A DNA stretch of 64,000 nucleotides, from the NCBI GenBank assembly GCA_951406725.2, contig OX597821.1, positions 49,104,001-49,168,000 of the forward strand, in the 5' to 3' direction. Every line of letters starts with the position of its first letter. Within the stretch, counting starts at the first letter, position 1. Origin of the DNA: Octopus vulgaris. Lineage: Eukaryota. Made by a program: the position numbers and the translations under genes. The notes under the pieces were generated by a model. That model saw nothing but the letters and a program-made list of their open reading frames with translations. It made no database searches and was not told the origin of the DNA. Below, in pieces: positions 11,901 through 25,292 of the stretch.

Positions 11901-13222
11901 GTAAATAATAAGAGCCCAGTTAACACAAGATTCTTAAATTTCGGAGATCATAAGATAGAGAGCAAGAAGTTAAAAATTCCAATACTGGCCCAATTCCTAC
12001 ACCCCAGATTCTTCAACTATTTTATAAGAAAGGGGTTAATGGCAGGATAGGGATTCAGCTTAAAAATAAATTGTATAACAAAAAATACATAAATAAATTA
12101 CTGCTCCAACGATGTAATTTTAGTATGTGTGTATGTATGTGTGTGTGTGTGTGTACGCAATGCAAACAATGGAAAATAATTTAAACACTCATTTTCTGAT
12201 GTCTAAGGATGGATATTTATGCGTATGAATCTTTTTCTTTTTATTTTCTTTCAAATATAATTCTAGGGAACTGAAAAAGCTGTGTACGATGCCAAGCGAA
12301 TTTAGCTATTTACGATAAGCGGATGTTTACGTTACAAACGAATCTGTAGGTCTGTTTACATGTTTACGTTAACTACGTCACAAAATAGCTGTTTACATCA
12401 CAGTAACAATATTTTGAGAGGCAGTAAATAATATGAGGTCGAAAGAAAGAATACCATTGGTTAAAATTCGAATTATTAAACAATGTTAAACTTAGAAATT
12501 ACAATTCTGTTTTCATTTTGGTTTACAATTATGTTTTCTTTTGACACATTCTACCAGTATACAAAGTTTCAAATTTAGTTAACTAGGAAAATCTGGCCTT
12601 CAAACTGAAAAGATCCCTGATATGTATTGTATTATATTATATGTATGTATTTATGTACGTATGTATATACGCATCTATGTATGTGTCTATAGGTATTTTA
12701 TATGTATATATGTGTATTTATTATAAGCATTAGGATATGTTATATTCCTCTAATAAACCAAGTATTTTTAGTATAGGAAAAGAGTAATTATGATAATGAA
12801 TATTGAAGCCATTAGGAAATTTTAAAGTTATTTTATATTGAATAATGATCTTAAATGTAATTATATTTAGTTAAATTGGTATGAAAGATACGTACAGCTT
12901 TCGCTTGTGGAAGCAAAGGTCTTATTTAAAGGTTGATTCTTTGGGACAAATCATATGTGATTGTTTAAAAAGGCTAGAATGACAATGCTAAACCGTATTT
13001 GAAACAATGGACAACAGTTGAAATATCATAACAGATGGGTAAATAAGCATCCTTAAAGTGCAACAACGCATTGGTAGGTAAACAAAGATATCAACAAATA
13101 GAAGAGAGGGAAGGGAAATCACCTTTCAAATAACTCAGAATAGGTAATGGTAAGCTTGCCAAAGTTTAATGCAGTTTAAATATGGAGATTAAGATTGTTT
13201 TGTATTGGATATTCATCGTGTA

Positions 13223-13740
13223 CAGTGTTCCTAATCAAGTTAATAACTGCCGCAGGTGGATAGTCGAAATAAATAGACAAAATCCTTTCAGTTTTATTTC
13301 TAAAAAGTATGGAAGACCCAACATACAAAAAAACTATGTCCATTTGCACAGGAGCTCTGGGCAAAATGTTATAGTGCATGATCATTCTTGGGACATAAGT
13401 AATGTGTGTGTATAGTTTGGTGAAAATCGTTTGAGAATTGTAGAAATGTATGTATTCAGTGTTCCTAGTCAATTTAATCAGTCGCAGGTGGACAGTTGAA
13501 ATAAATAGACAAAAACCTTTCACTTTCATAAAAAGATTAAAAAAGTATGGAAGATCCTACATAAAAAAAAACTATGTCAATTTACACAGGAGCTCTGGGC
13601 AAAATGTTATAGTGCACAACCATTCTTGGTACATAAGCAATGTGTGTGTAAAGTTTAGTGAAAATCGGTTGAGAATTGTGGAAATGTATGAGTTAGTCAT
13701 TATACACACACACATACTGTGATTTATATATACTAGATTA
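13223..13740 (+). repeat. Two tandem ~234-bp units of a probable non-autonomous (Helentron-associated-like) repeat
   Basis: CAGTGTTCCTA recurs at 13223 and 13457; both units end AGTTT(G/A)GTGAAAATCG(T/G)TTGAGAATTGT; followed by (CA)n and TATACTAG. Confidence 0.7.
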
Positions 13741-13929
13741 TGGGTGAGAATCAAAACAATTGTATGTAATTTGTATTTAATATTATATTATTATTATAAG
13801 AATATATGTTAATAAATTTTAATTTTTGAATTGACAATTGTATATCTCCATTTTCTATTCATTTTTACATATATACATACATATATATATATACACACAC
13901 ACACACACATATATATACTTATATACATA

Positions 13930-14610
13930 CATGCGCTGGTATGGTCATGTGTTGTGTATGGATGAGGAGAGCTGTGTGAAGAAGTGTCACTCCCTAATAG
14001 TAGGAGACCCAGTAAGACGTGGTATGTGGTGAAGCATGACCTTTGAACGTTGGGCCTCACAGAGGCAATGACGAAAGACCCAGACCTCTGGAGATATGCT
14101 GTGATTGAGAAGACCCGGCAAATTAAGTGAGATCACAGCCGTAGCCTACACCAGTGTCGCATAACCAGCCCATTTAAAAAGTACCTTTGAATTGTCGGAT
14201 GACATTTTGTGCTTGAGGAGACCTTATTGAGTCAAGTAAAATCAAAATCAAATCAAATCAAATCAAATGGAAATTGTTGTTGTGGGCGATGTCAGTGCCG
14301 CCTGACTGGCTCCCGTGATGGTGGCATGCAATAAGCACCATGCATGCGTAGGTCACTGCCAGTGCCAGCTGACGGGCTCCTCGTGCAGGTGGCACCTAAA
14401 AGGCACCATTCAAACGTGGTCGATGCCAGCCACCCCGCCCCGGCTGGATCCTGTGCTGGTAGCACGTAAAAAGCACCCACTACACTCTTGGAGTGGTTGG
14501 CGTTAGGAAGAGCATTCATCCGTTGAAACACTGCCAGATCAGATTGGAGCCTGATGTGGCTTCCTGGCTTGCCTGTCCTATCCAACCGTCCATGCCAGAA
14601 TGGAAAACGT
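13930..14610 (+). mobile_element. RTE LINE 3' fragment
   Basis: RWYGHVLCMDEESCVKKC then the family 3' UTR ending CCGTCC..ATGGAAA. Confidence 0.85.
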
Positions 14611-14639
14611 TTTCTTTAAAGAAACTAAATTTAATTTGC

Positions 14640-16010
14640 CATAGCAAAAAAAAAAATATACATTAGTATCAATGAATCCTGATACATACAAACAAAAAGC
14701 AAATATACTGATAAAAACTGGTACAAATCAGTCAGGAAGTACAATAAATCTGATAAATTGCTATAGATGCAGTTACTCATTCTCACTGTTGCCATCCATA
14801 TTACCAGTACTCTCTCTTCCTCACTGGAATTCTCTGCAATAGGATCTGGGTCATCAGTATCTTCTTCGAACAATGAATCATCCTCAGTACCGCTTCTTTT
14901 ACAGCATTCTATCTTTTTACACCTGTGTAATAGCAGGCCCCTTCCTTCTTCCTGTTGGTATCACTTCAAAATCTGAAAACTGCATCCACTCCTCTTGCAT
15001 GATGCTTTTCTATGGCTTATTGATTGAAACATCTAAAGGCTGTAACTGCCAAGGTTAGGCTTCCTAGGTCTTCAGTTCTTCAGGTTTCTTCTTGACAATA
15101 TCAGTTCTATGAGCCTGAAATTGGCCTCAAATTAATAAGGCGGGTTTCTTTAATAGCCCACCAGGACCACACTTTATCATGCCACAATTTCATTCCTCCC
15201 ACATCCACTCAACCTTTTGTGTAGACAAATATAAATGCCATTGGGTATCCTTTCTTTAAGCAATGTCTTCCTTTTAAAGATTAATAAAGGTGGCACTTTT
15301 GTGCCATTAGCACAGCACACTAACAACTGTATAGTGAGTGTTTTCATGGCCACATGTTTTAACAGTCAGTTTTAGTACCCTTGGATTCCACTGTTTTGTC
15401 TGATAGCACATCAAATGTCAGAGACTTTGCTTATATTTGTGAAAGTTTAAAATTAACTTTTTTTTTTCTTGCATTGATGTGTGAAACCCAAGTATTTGAT
15501 CTCCATACTCAAAGAGCGTTTCTTGTTCTATTCTTGTCCTAGCCCTCATACAGATTTTATCTCTCCTCATAAATCTGAAACACCATGATGTTAACCCTTT
15601 AAAATCATTGATATCTCCATCCATTGCTACAAGTCTTGAACAGTACATAATCATATTAGTGGCTACTGAAAAGCCTGATCTTCTTTGGTCAAAAACCCAT
15701 GTTTTTAATTATTCTAGTTCAGGCCACTTAACTCTCCTATGGAGGCAGTGTTTACTATGTTTAGCAGCTTTCAGCTGCTCTTCTTGCTTCATCCAAGTCC
15801 TTACCATTTTCTCAGCTGGTGGTGGACCAAAATACCAAGCAGCTGCCCTATTACCATGGTCATTTGCATATACATCTAGTTTAAATTTAATGTGATAACA
15901 GTACCTTTTTTGTTTTTCAGCCATGAATTTGGACACCGTATGAAATTTACCATAAACAAACTTATCAGTGTTATGGAAAACCATACCCCAACTCTTACCT
16001 CCTCTCAGAT
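14640..16010 (-). mobile_element. pogo-like DNA transposon relic
   Basis: MAEKQKRYCYHIKFKL..NDHGNRAAA..WMKQEE..KWPELE (Brinker-like DBD) and FKGLTSWCFRFMRR (CENP-B HTH), followed by decayed DDE sequence and acidic tail. Confidence 0.8.
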
Positions 16011-16944
16011 TAGCTGTAGAATTGTTTATATTTTGGGAAAGAGAATTGCTATACAGGATGTGAAACTCATATTTCTGGATGTGATATTTTGTGTTACAAC
16101 AGGCCACAATGTGGGAAAATGGGGGAAAAAAGACTAAAAGATCCAAACAGTATGAAGGAGGCACTGTTGTAAAAGTGAAGACTCCGACACATCATCTGAT
16201 CTGTTCATTGCAAATGGCTGCCAGGTAGATGAAAGTTTATTAACATTCCTTACAAATTTCTAGGAGCATTTTCCATTTAGATAATGAATGTTTCTTAAAG
16301 GTAACCCAGTCATTAACTAATGTAATACATGTATCAGGTGTGGATTATGTATGCCAGGGATGGAGGTAAGCAAGATGATGCAAGTTTCCCTCATAGCTGC
16401 TGATGTATCATAAACAATTTTCGTCAGTTTGTGATAAACTGTGATAATTCAGCTTGTTTTCGATATTTTACTATTAGTAACTCAATTTACTGTAATAATT
16501 TGGTTTGTTTTCATTATTAGCAATAATTTTTGTGCTTAGGGAACTTACCCAATATACTCATCCAGCTTCCTAGTTTATAACACTCGGTCTCCCACATTAG
16601 ATGCAAGGAAATCTTTTGATACATTTAAATATAAGAGAAGCGCATCAAATCTGCCAGCAAATACAGTACATATATATATGTATATGTAAATATACACATA
16701 CATATGTACACACAGTCATTTCATCATGTTGAACTCTTAATCAAGATACATTTTTTTTCTCTTTCTGCTTTTTTCTTCTCAAACCTTTGACAAATAATGT
16801 AGACTCAAAATACCAGACTTTTCCATTCTTCCAGATTGTCAAACTAATACACCTGCTTGTGGTTCCCTTACCTGTCTTCATCTTTAGATTGTTTTCTGTA
16901 AATTTGAACTATATACATAACACACGCACACACACACTACCATC

Positions 16945-17190
16945 ATCATTTAAAGTTCATTTTCCATGCTGGCATGTGTTGGATGGTTTACAAGGGTTGG
17001 CTAGGCAGAAGACTGCACCAGGCTTCACTGTCAATTTTGGCAGGGTTTTTACAGCTGAATGCCCTTCTTAACATCAATCACCTTAGAGTGGTCAGCTTTT
17101 GCATGGTTTTTACAGCTGGATGCCCTTCCAAACACCAACCACTCTACAGTGTGGACTGGATGCACTGGTAGCAGTCATCAAGTAACTTGC
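16945..17190 (-). mobile_element. RTE-family 3' end with partial internal duplication
   Basis: (CAT)n..TTTCCATGCTGGCATG and two copies of TTTTTACAGCTG(A/G)ATGCCCTT. Confidence 0.7.
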
Positions 17191-17779
17191 AAAAGGAAGA
17201 ATTTGTTGCTGTAGAGGAGATACAATGGTTACTCAGCCAGAGAAAGAGTAAGAGAAAGAGTAAGTGAAAGAGTGTAGAAGAGAGTGAGAAGGTGAGAGTG
17301 CAAGAGAGAGTGGGAGAGATGGTGGTGAAGTGCCAGGTCATACCCTCAAAGTAGAGGGATCAGAATATAAATGGGATGGTAGAGTAGAGCAAGAGAGATA
17401 GCTGGTGGTGAGATGCCAGGGCATACACTCAAGGTACAGGGATCAGAATATAAATGGGATCAGAGTATTGCCAAAGGTGCATGAGTAGGGACTTCACAGG
17501 AATGCAAAGGGTATGGGAGTGGGGAGTGCAGTGAGTGGTGAAACATGGGTATATAGAGGAGGTGGGGGGACAACAGGATAATAATGATATAGTGAGCAGG
17601 GCAGTGAGGACAGGATTGGGGAGCAAGGGATAAGCATAAGCATAGTGCATGAAAAAGAGGAAATGTGAGGAAGAGATGTGGTGAGATTTGTGTGTGAATT
17701 ACTTTTTTTTATTGTAACATAGGTGGCAACACAGAGCACTCCCAGAACTCAGTTTTGCTGAAGTGAGTATGTCTTCTCA

Positions 17780-18145
17780 AGAACACATGTCACCAGACAT
17801 TTCGATCCTTTGTCATCTCTTCCATGAGGCCCAACATCCTGAGATTGGTACTCACTATTTCATCCCAGGTCATCCTGGGTCTCCCTCTCCCATAGATGTC
17901 ATCCACTTACAAAGATTGGCACTTCTTTATACAGCAGTCTCTATTCATACACTTCACATGTCCAAATCAACATAGTTTTCTCTACTACATGCAGCGTCTG
18001 ATTCCTCTTATGCCCAACTTTTCTCTCAGCACATTTGCAATTTTTGCTGTGGATGCACACTGATGTTGCACATCCATTGGAGCATACTAGCTTCATTCCT
18101 CTCTAGTCTATGTATGTCTTCTACATTCAGAACCTATATCTCATG
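17780..18145 (-). mobile_element. RTE LINE RT C-terminal fragment
   Basis: Reverse complement matches the LERNEASML..W.C..SV..LREKLG segment of the other RTE copies. Confidence 0.7.
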
Positions 18146-18439
18146 ATATGTAACTGTCAGATTTTAATTAAACTATATGAGAAGAAAGTTCACATTCAAA
18201 GCTTTCAAATGATATATAATTTTCAATAGAAAAAATTTATTTTGACATGAAAACGATAAAGCAAAAAATGTATTTTATCATGTTCAAACTGTGCTTGTTG
18301 CCATTGTACAGTGCTCTATAGTGATACTTATTGTTATTATATATGTATTTTCCTATCCTCTGTTTGGAGATGCAAACACTTACATACAAACATGATGAGA
18401 ACTTCTACCTACCATAGTGCCCAGCTTTGAGCTAAAACG

Positions 18440-18600
18440 ATTCATAGATTCTACCAAATTGAATCACAAGACTTGGTCAGCCTGAAATTATAGCAGAAGA
18501 CACTTTCTCAAGGTGCCACACAGTGGGACTGAACCCAAAATCATGTGATTGAGAAGCAATCTTCCTAACCATACATCCATACCTGTGACACACACACAAG
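18440..18600 (-). mobile_element. tRNA-derived SINE head
   Basis: Minus strand GGTTAGGAAG..GGGTTCAGTCCCACTGTGTGGCACCTTG (A/B-box-like), shared with other copies. Confidence 0.7.
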
Positions 18601-18659
18601 AGGAAAGAGTAAAAAGCGTATAAAGACAAATGAAACAAAAGTACTTTGATGACATCAGC

Positions 18660-18665
18660 TTTATT
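18660..18665 (-). terminator. Probable eIF3d polyadenylation signal
   Basis: AATAAA on minus strand ~620 nt after the stop, followed by a U/GU-rich tract (18620-18640). Confidence 0.5.
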
Positions 18666-19286
18666 ATTATAATCATCATAAAGCCAATTATCAGATTAAA
18701 AAGAGACTTCGTTTGGTGCCGATCCTGAAATGGAAAATCATTTAAACAGTTTTATAGTTATTTACAGTTATTCCATTTAATATTATTTGATTACATAAAT
18801 AGGAAATAATGTATTAAGATATTAACTAGTGATTACATAGCAATTACATATATATATATGAAATCATCCAGTTATACACATGTCAGAGGTCAATAATGTT
18901 AATGTCCTCAGTTTGAGAACAAAGTTCCCTAATTTGAATACAACCTGTAACAATATACACATTAAGAAGTAAAACCAGATGAAAGTTTAAAACATGGAAA
19001 ATTTTAACATCTGGAAGTTAATAATAAAATGGTCATATTCAAAGTTGTAAAATATTACTAATGAACACTGGCTACTAATGTAGAGAGATATTACTAGTGG
19101 ACTTTGGCTATTTATATATAATGTAACAAAAACACCAGCTATTTAAATATATGATGTAGTAGCAAGGGCATTTGCTATTTCAGTTGGATAACTAGTTAAG
19201 ACAATTACAAAACCAAAATATTGTTTAACTCAAAGAAAACTAAGATGATTCCAATAAAAAAAAAAATACCTAGCAAACAAGTCTTT

Positions 19287-19397
19287 TTATGCTTCGGGTT
19301 CATCCTCTTCTTCTTCTTCTTCATCATCATCCTCCTCTTCCTCTTCATCATCAGTTTCAAAAGTGTTGTCAGGAATATCATAGATACGAATCACCGA
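19287..19397 (-). CDS. EIF3D: eIF3d coding exon 13 (last)
   Basis: tag| SVIRIYDIPDNTFETDD + acidic tail ..DEPEA TAA. Confidence 0.95.
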   Translation of the reverse strand, partial: SVIRIYDIPDNTFETDDEEEEEDDDEEEEEEDEPEA

Positions 19398-19643
19398 CTA
19401 TAAAATATACAAAGAGAGGGTGTGTGTTAAGGATGATTATGTTTAAGTCCTGTGTATCTATGTATATATACATAGGTCTAGTTCACTAAGAAAAATCAAG
19501 GACAGCTTCTACATGACCACTCCACGAGACCAAAATTTTAACCATCTTTAAAAAAAGAAAAATAAAGTAAATAATGTATTTCTAAATACACTTCACAAGA
19601 AATAAAGATAAGATGGTCATAGATGGAACCCCATTGATCAATT

Positions 19644-19707
19644 AGGACTTGATGTAAGTCCAGTATGAAGTACAAACATACTTCATGTTGGATTTGCATC
19701 AAGTCCT
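19644..19707. other. 29-bp intronic stem-loop with 6-nt loop
   Basis: Arms 19644-19672 and 19679-19707 pair at 25/29 Watson-Crick; the other four are G:U on plus. Confidence 0.8.
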
Positions 19708-19996
19708 TATTCACAGTTATGGCCCTCCTAGGTGTGGTGAAGGATGCTCATCTCACTCAAGTTTCTATAAAATAAAACATAGAAGTGGGACATGGTCAAC
19801 TGACTAGACTTAGAAAGACAGTAACTCCTAATAAGAACAGATTCAAACTATGACAGCCCTTTCAGCACATGCTGGCATGGATTGCAGTTGTACAATAATG
19901 ATGATGTATATAACACAAAACAAGTACTAAATTATGATGTTCGCATGTACTACAAATTAATCTGCATTTTAAAAAAAGGACAAAAACATTACTTAC

Positions 19997-20189
19997 CTTA
20001 TTAGGGTCCTTCATAATAAGATATTTCCCCTCCTTCAATTTCATGCAAGTATCAATGATGCAACGTAAAATACCCCAAGCATTATCCATGCTCAGGTTAA
20101 TCTGGTTAGCAAATTCAGTTGGCTTAAATTGCTGTGTCCCCAAAATAACATGGTTGGCAGAATCTCTATAATGAACTCTCGATACATAC
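19997..20189 (-). CDS. EIF3D: eIF3d coding exon 12
   Basis: cag| [64 protein letters not shown] |gtaagt. Confidence 0.97.
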
Positions 20190-21617
20190 CTGCAGGAAAA
20201 TACATTTTACTGAATCTCAAACAAAAGCAATATCAAATTATAACAGAATAGCAGGTTTAATTTTCACACATTATATTTACTGATCTAGCAGTAAAATATA
20301 TCAGATTGATACCATTTTTTTGTTTTAATTAAGGAGCTTGTTTATATTTTGTTTTTGAACATATGAGAATTTAATCTTCAATATTTGAAATTATACATTT
20401 TAACCTTTTTACCATATTTCCATTGAATTACACTGCCTCTATTTCAATTAATTTTGAAAATACTGAAGTCTAGTAAAATAATTTTGCTATTATTCAGTTG
20501 ATGTTTGGAACAAATTTACATGAAATTTTCATGTAAGATCTTAATTTAGACTACTTTAAAACAGGAATTCTCTATTACAGAACTAAGGGTGGTCTTAAAC
20601 AGGATGGTATCAGAAGGGTCAAAATTTAAAAACTGATAAAACAGATTTTTTTTTTCTTTTCTAAGGAAAATGTTTCATAATTGAGACGTAATGATGATGA
20701 TGTAAATGAATAGAGGATTGAAACTGGTTGCTAATGGTTTACCTCATAAAGTAAATAATGTTATTTCTGGTATCAATATGAGGATAATGAAATAAAGCCC
20801 ATGGCTAACTGACCAATGTAACACCAATAGAATGGGAACTATAAGAAAGGACCATTTTGTTCTGTACATTATTAACCTGGTATTATAGTATAAATAAAAT
20901 AGAAATGTATGAAGATAGTTGGGGGCTAAATTTTTTTTTATATCTGAAGTGGTGACAACCCCTTCCTTCCTACATTGCTAACCAAAATACACACCCTATG
21001 TGTTTCAATTAAACTCTTAAATAATCATGAGTTTAGATGGGTTTATCTGAAACAACTAACTTTTTTTATTAATAAACATATTCATGTGATTTTTGGAACA
21101 CAATTTAACAAAAGATTCTTAACCAAATCTATTTCATAATTTTCATCTCAAAGTGAATCTAATTCAGGTAAATTCAACACTATAAAAATCTAAATATGAG
21201 ATAAAATTATTTAAATTTTGTTTAAGCATCAGCATAGATACTGAGTATACAACAAAATTTTAATATAGAAGAATCAGGCATACTACTGGATTAACTATCA
21301 GTTGAACTTAATGCACATGAAACAGGTGTACCATAAAGGTAAAACATAACGAAATACTGGAATTTGTATTTGAAGAAAACTAGGAAATGAAATACATACC
21401 AACTAAATAAAATAAACTCGCACACATACATAAATACACAGAAGCACATATGATTCACAATATAAATTAATCAAAATTTGTCACATCCTACAGGTAAATA
21501 AAAAACAAAAAACAAAGTAAATGTGATTTGCTTCAATCATTAGACTGCAACCATGCTGAAGCACCACCTTGAAAAATTTTGGTCAAACAAACTGACCTCA
21601 ATACTTATTTTTTAATA

Positions 21618-22552
21618 TCATCATCATCGTCGTCGTTTAACGTCCACTTTCCATGCTAGCATGGGTTGGACGGTTTGACTGTGGGCTGGCGAACCAGATG
21701 GCTGCACCAAGATCCAGTCTTGATCTGGCAAAGTTTCTACAGCTGGATGCCCTTCCATGCATATATACACATATGGTAAGCAGAAACTCCCATGAGATGT
21801 AACCGGTGTAAACTATGGACACATAAGAGGTGCAGCAACATCAAAGGAAGGTTAACTGGGAAGATAGTTTTTATATGTGGCAGATACACAAGGGCAATAA
21901 ACACAGATGATGTACAGAAAACAGATTCGATCACATGCCAGGAAGAAAAACTAGAAGTAGTTGATAGCTTCAGTTACCAAGGCGACCAAGTCAATAATGA
22001 AGGTGGATGCTCCGAGAGAGTAGCTGCTAGAATAAGAATAACCTAGGCAATGTCCAGAGAGCTCCTACTTCTGCTGGTAACAAAGGGCCTCTCGCTCAGA
22101 GTTAAAGGTAGACTGTATGATGCATGTGCACGAAAAGCTATACTACATAGCAGTGAAACATGGACTGTGACTGCTGAGGACATGTGTAGGCTTAAAAGAA
22201 ATGAAGCTAGTATGCGTTGCTGGATGTGTAATGTCAGTGTGCATACACGACAGATTGTAAGCGCCCTGAGGGAAAAGTTGGACATAAGAAACATCAGATG
22301 TGGTGTGCAAGAGAGACAACTGTGCTGGTATGGTCATGTGTTGCATATGGATGAGGACAGCTGTGTGAAGAAGTGTCACACCCTAACATGCAAAAAGCAC
22401 CCACTACACTCACAGACTGGTTGGCATTAGGAAGGGCTTCCAGCTGTAGAAACCTTGCCAGATCAGACTGGAGCCTGGTGCAACCTCCTAGGTTGCCAGT
22501 CCTCATTCAAACCGTCCAACTGATGCTAGCATGGAAAGCGAAAGATGATGAT
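21618..22552. mobile_element. Composite RTE insertion: minus-oriented 3' end (21618-21756) joined to plus-oriented RT fragment and 3' end
   Basis: (CAT)n at left, (GAT)n at right; ORFs 21792-22430 encode Cys-rich finger, LEVVDSFSY and WYGHVLHMDED. Confidence 0.85.
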
Positions 22553-22569
22553 ACGACACACAATTTCTA

Positions 22570-23262
22570 AAACTGCTTGGATTTCTAACTTTCTTCCAAG
22601 CATGTGGGAAACCTCAAACTATCATTTTTTCTTCTTTGTTTATATTCTGCATACTAATTCATTTCCAAAGTAATCACTTCAACGGAAAAAGTAAAAATAA
22701 ACTAATGCATTCATTTCCTTAGGACTGTGGCTAGGTCTAACATTTTCCTGGAAATAACTAAGAAAAACAACTTTTAAATTCTTACTATCTTCAGGTACAA
22801 ATTCACATTTTTTTTTGTATTATCGGAAGTGTTGTCAGAATAGTTTCACTTTCAGAAAAAGAAGTATCATGGTTTTTAAGTTTGCTATATATTGTCTTTG
22901 AGTTTTCTATGTCCTCTTTTGAAAATACTTCAAATTCAAACTTGCTGCTTGACAACATGAAACTGAAATCCAGTTTTCATCCATAATGAAACATTTCAAA
23001 AAATCAAAATGGAAAAAAAAAAAAAAAACAGAAAAAAAATTCTGCAAAAATTCACAGCACTCAGACATGATCTAAAATAATGTTGATGTAACTCAATTAT
23101 TTACAAAGTGAAACGCATGTTTTCACGAATATACTAATAAGACATGCACTGAAATTCTCATTAAAATATGAATAGGATATTTCAGGTTGGTGTGGGTGTT
23201 TTGGTAACATAACCAAATTATTTTGTGGATGTCTACAGGCAGGTTGGTAACAAAAGGGCTAA
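22570..23262 (-). mobile_element. Degenerate piggyBac 5' fragment
   Basis: Colinear with 25610-26239; ends GGTAACAAAAGGG-CTAA. Confidence 0.6.
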
Positions 23263-24371
23263 TATGGTTTCCCACTTGAAACTTATAAAGTAGTAAAAGA
23301 TTTCTCTACACAATCAACTATAACCATAGTCCTTACAAGAATAACTTCTACAGTATAGCCACAACCACTACATCAACAAAGTCCTTGTTAGGTATTTACA
23401 AAATGAAATCTCAGTTAACAAAATTAATCATTTAAAAAAATGGGTTCAGAATAGGTGGCAGTAGGATTAGATCAGAGTAATAGAGTTGGTAAAATAAGTA
23501 CAAAAATAATGGTTCCAGTCCTGTCTAGATCCCAAACAACATCCAATGTTGGAGCTGCTATGGCTATTGAAAAATATGTTGTACATCCACTTCGCAGCTG
23601 TCTATGTACAAGTTGTGGTTTTATGGCTAATAGGAGGGTAGCCTTACTGTAGGGCATGACAAGTGCTGGTGGGGGGTCAGGGAGGAAGGAGCAACAAACA
23701 GATGGATTATTGCAGTAGTAGTTGTAGTTAAGACCAACATCACCAAGAGACCTGGTCTGACTGTTTTTAACAGAGGGAACACCACTGAAGAATTGTGAAG
23801 TCCATCACTGATTTTCATCAGTTCAAATACTCTGCTACAAGTTCAATCAACAAAGATTCATGGCTGAATGGTTACAGTATTTGATTCATGATCACAAGGT
23901 CATGCATTCAGTTCCAGGACCGAATGACATGTAAAATAAAGTATCATGAGCAGGGCACATCATTTGACATTGCTCCAGTCTACTTAGCTATAACGAGTAC
24001 CAGTCAAGGTGCTGATGCAGCCCTCTCTCCCTCTAGCCATACCAGACTGGATGTTCCACTGCACTGAGAGAGTGTCTATATCTACACATGACTACACAGA
24101 CACTAGAACAATTAACAAAAACATACTACATGTTACCAACTATATTTGTGACAGCTGGCTATCTTGTATCTTTAGTTTCGGCCAGTGAATTGTGACCAAG
24201 CTGGGACAACACCATTACATATTCAATATTAATCAAGAAAAATTGCCCAAAAATGATCAAAGAAATCTAATTTATGTACAGTTTGACAGCTAAAATGGTT
24301 GACTCTAGTTTGACATCTTAAAATTATTTTTTCATATCAGCCCCATATCTGTTAATAATCATTCCACTTAC

Positions 24372-24514
24372 CCAAATTTAATTTGATCACTTCCAGATAA
24401 TAAAGAACAGATGGTCCACTTAGACAATTTACAGCTGTTGTTCTTCAGTTCAGTGGCCAACACTGCTCCTCTTTGGATGTCTAGTTTACTACGCCAGTCA
24501 ACACCACCACTGTA
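24372..24514 (-). CDS. EIF3D: eIF3d coding exon 11
   Basis: cag| [47 protein letters not shown](G) |gtaagt. Confidence 0.97.
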
Positions 24515-24569
24515 CTGAAATATTAACAAACATAATATTACACATACAAATATATCACATATGCACAAG

Positions 24570-24970
24570 TTGCAGGCATAGCTGTATGGTTAAGAAGTTC
24601 ACTTCCCAACCACATGGTTTCAGATTCAGTCCCATAGAGTGGCACCTAAGCAAGTGTCTTCTATTAAATCCCCAGCCCAGCCAAAGCTTTAAGTGACTTT
24701 GGTAGAGAAAAATTTTTAAAAGCCCATCATGTGTGAGTGTGTGTATATTTGTGTCTCCTTGGTTTGACACCACACGATTGTTGGAAATGAATGTCATTCA
24801 TTTCCAATATTCTGCAGAGGTATGTTTGGCCTTTGGAAAATATTACTTTGCTTGAAAATAAGCGAAGGTTCATAACAGAAAAGGCATCTGACCATAAAAA
24901 AATCCACGTCAATAAACTATCTTGTCCATGTCAGTATGGATAGTGATGTTAAAATGATGATACTGATGAC
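24570..24970 (+). mobile_element. tRNA-derived SINE with RTE-like (GAT)n tail
   Basis: Head GCTGTATGGTTAAGAAG..TTCAGTCCC..GGCACCT, internal (TG)n, tail GTTAAAATGATGAT. Confidence 0.75.
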
Positions 24971-25162
24971 ACCAACACAATATCTGAGTACATGGGTTCA
25001 AATCATGCTTTAGTCAATAGTTTGTTCCTGTGCAATGTACAGAATGATGTTTGTTTAAATGTGATTGGTTGGCTAACAAACATATATTCAGCCATAAATA
25101 TCCATGAAAAGTTTTTAAAAACAATATGGAAGAACATCTAGCTATAACTGAAATAAATTTAC

Positions 25163-25292
25163 CCTGGCATCCCACTCGTTCAAAGTCTTGATGTTGATGA
25201 ATTGTAAATCACCATTCGGTCCATACATGACTGCATCATGCTCACAGCGTACAATGAGTTCAATATCATTACCCAGGTTATATTTGCGGTAC
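25163..25292 (-). CDS. EIF3D: eIF3d coding exon 10
   Basis: cag| [43 protein letters not shown] |gtaaat. Confidence 0.97.

Noticed and set aside
11502-11926. Overlapping S/P/T-, H- and V-rich ORFs as a gene
   Set aside because: Open frames on both strands arise from trinucleotide low complexity; no domain or convincing splice structure
23450-23850. Short ORFs with more balanced composition in intron 11
   Set aside because: Likely a very old LINE fragment; not needed for the eIF3d frame and no recognisable motif
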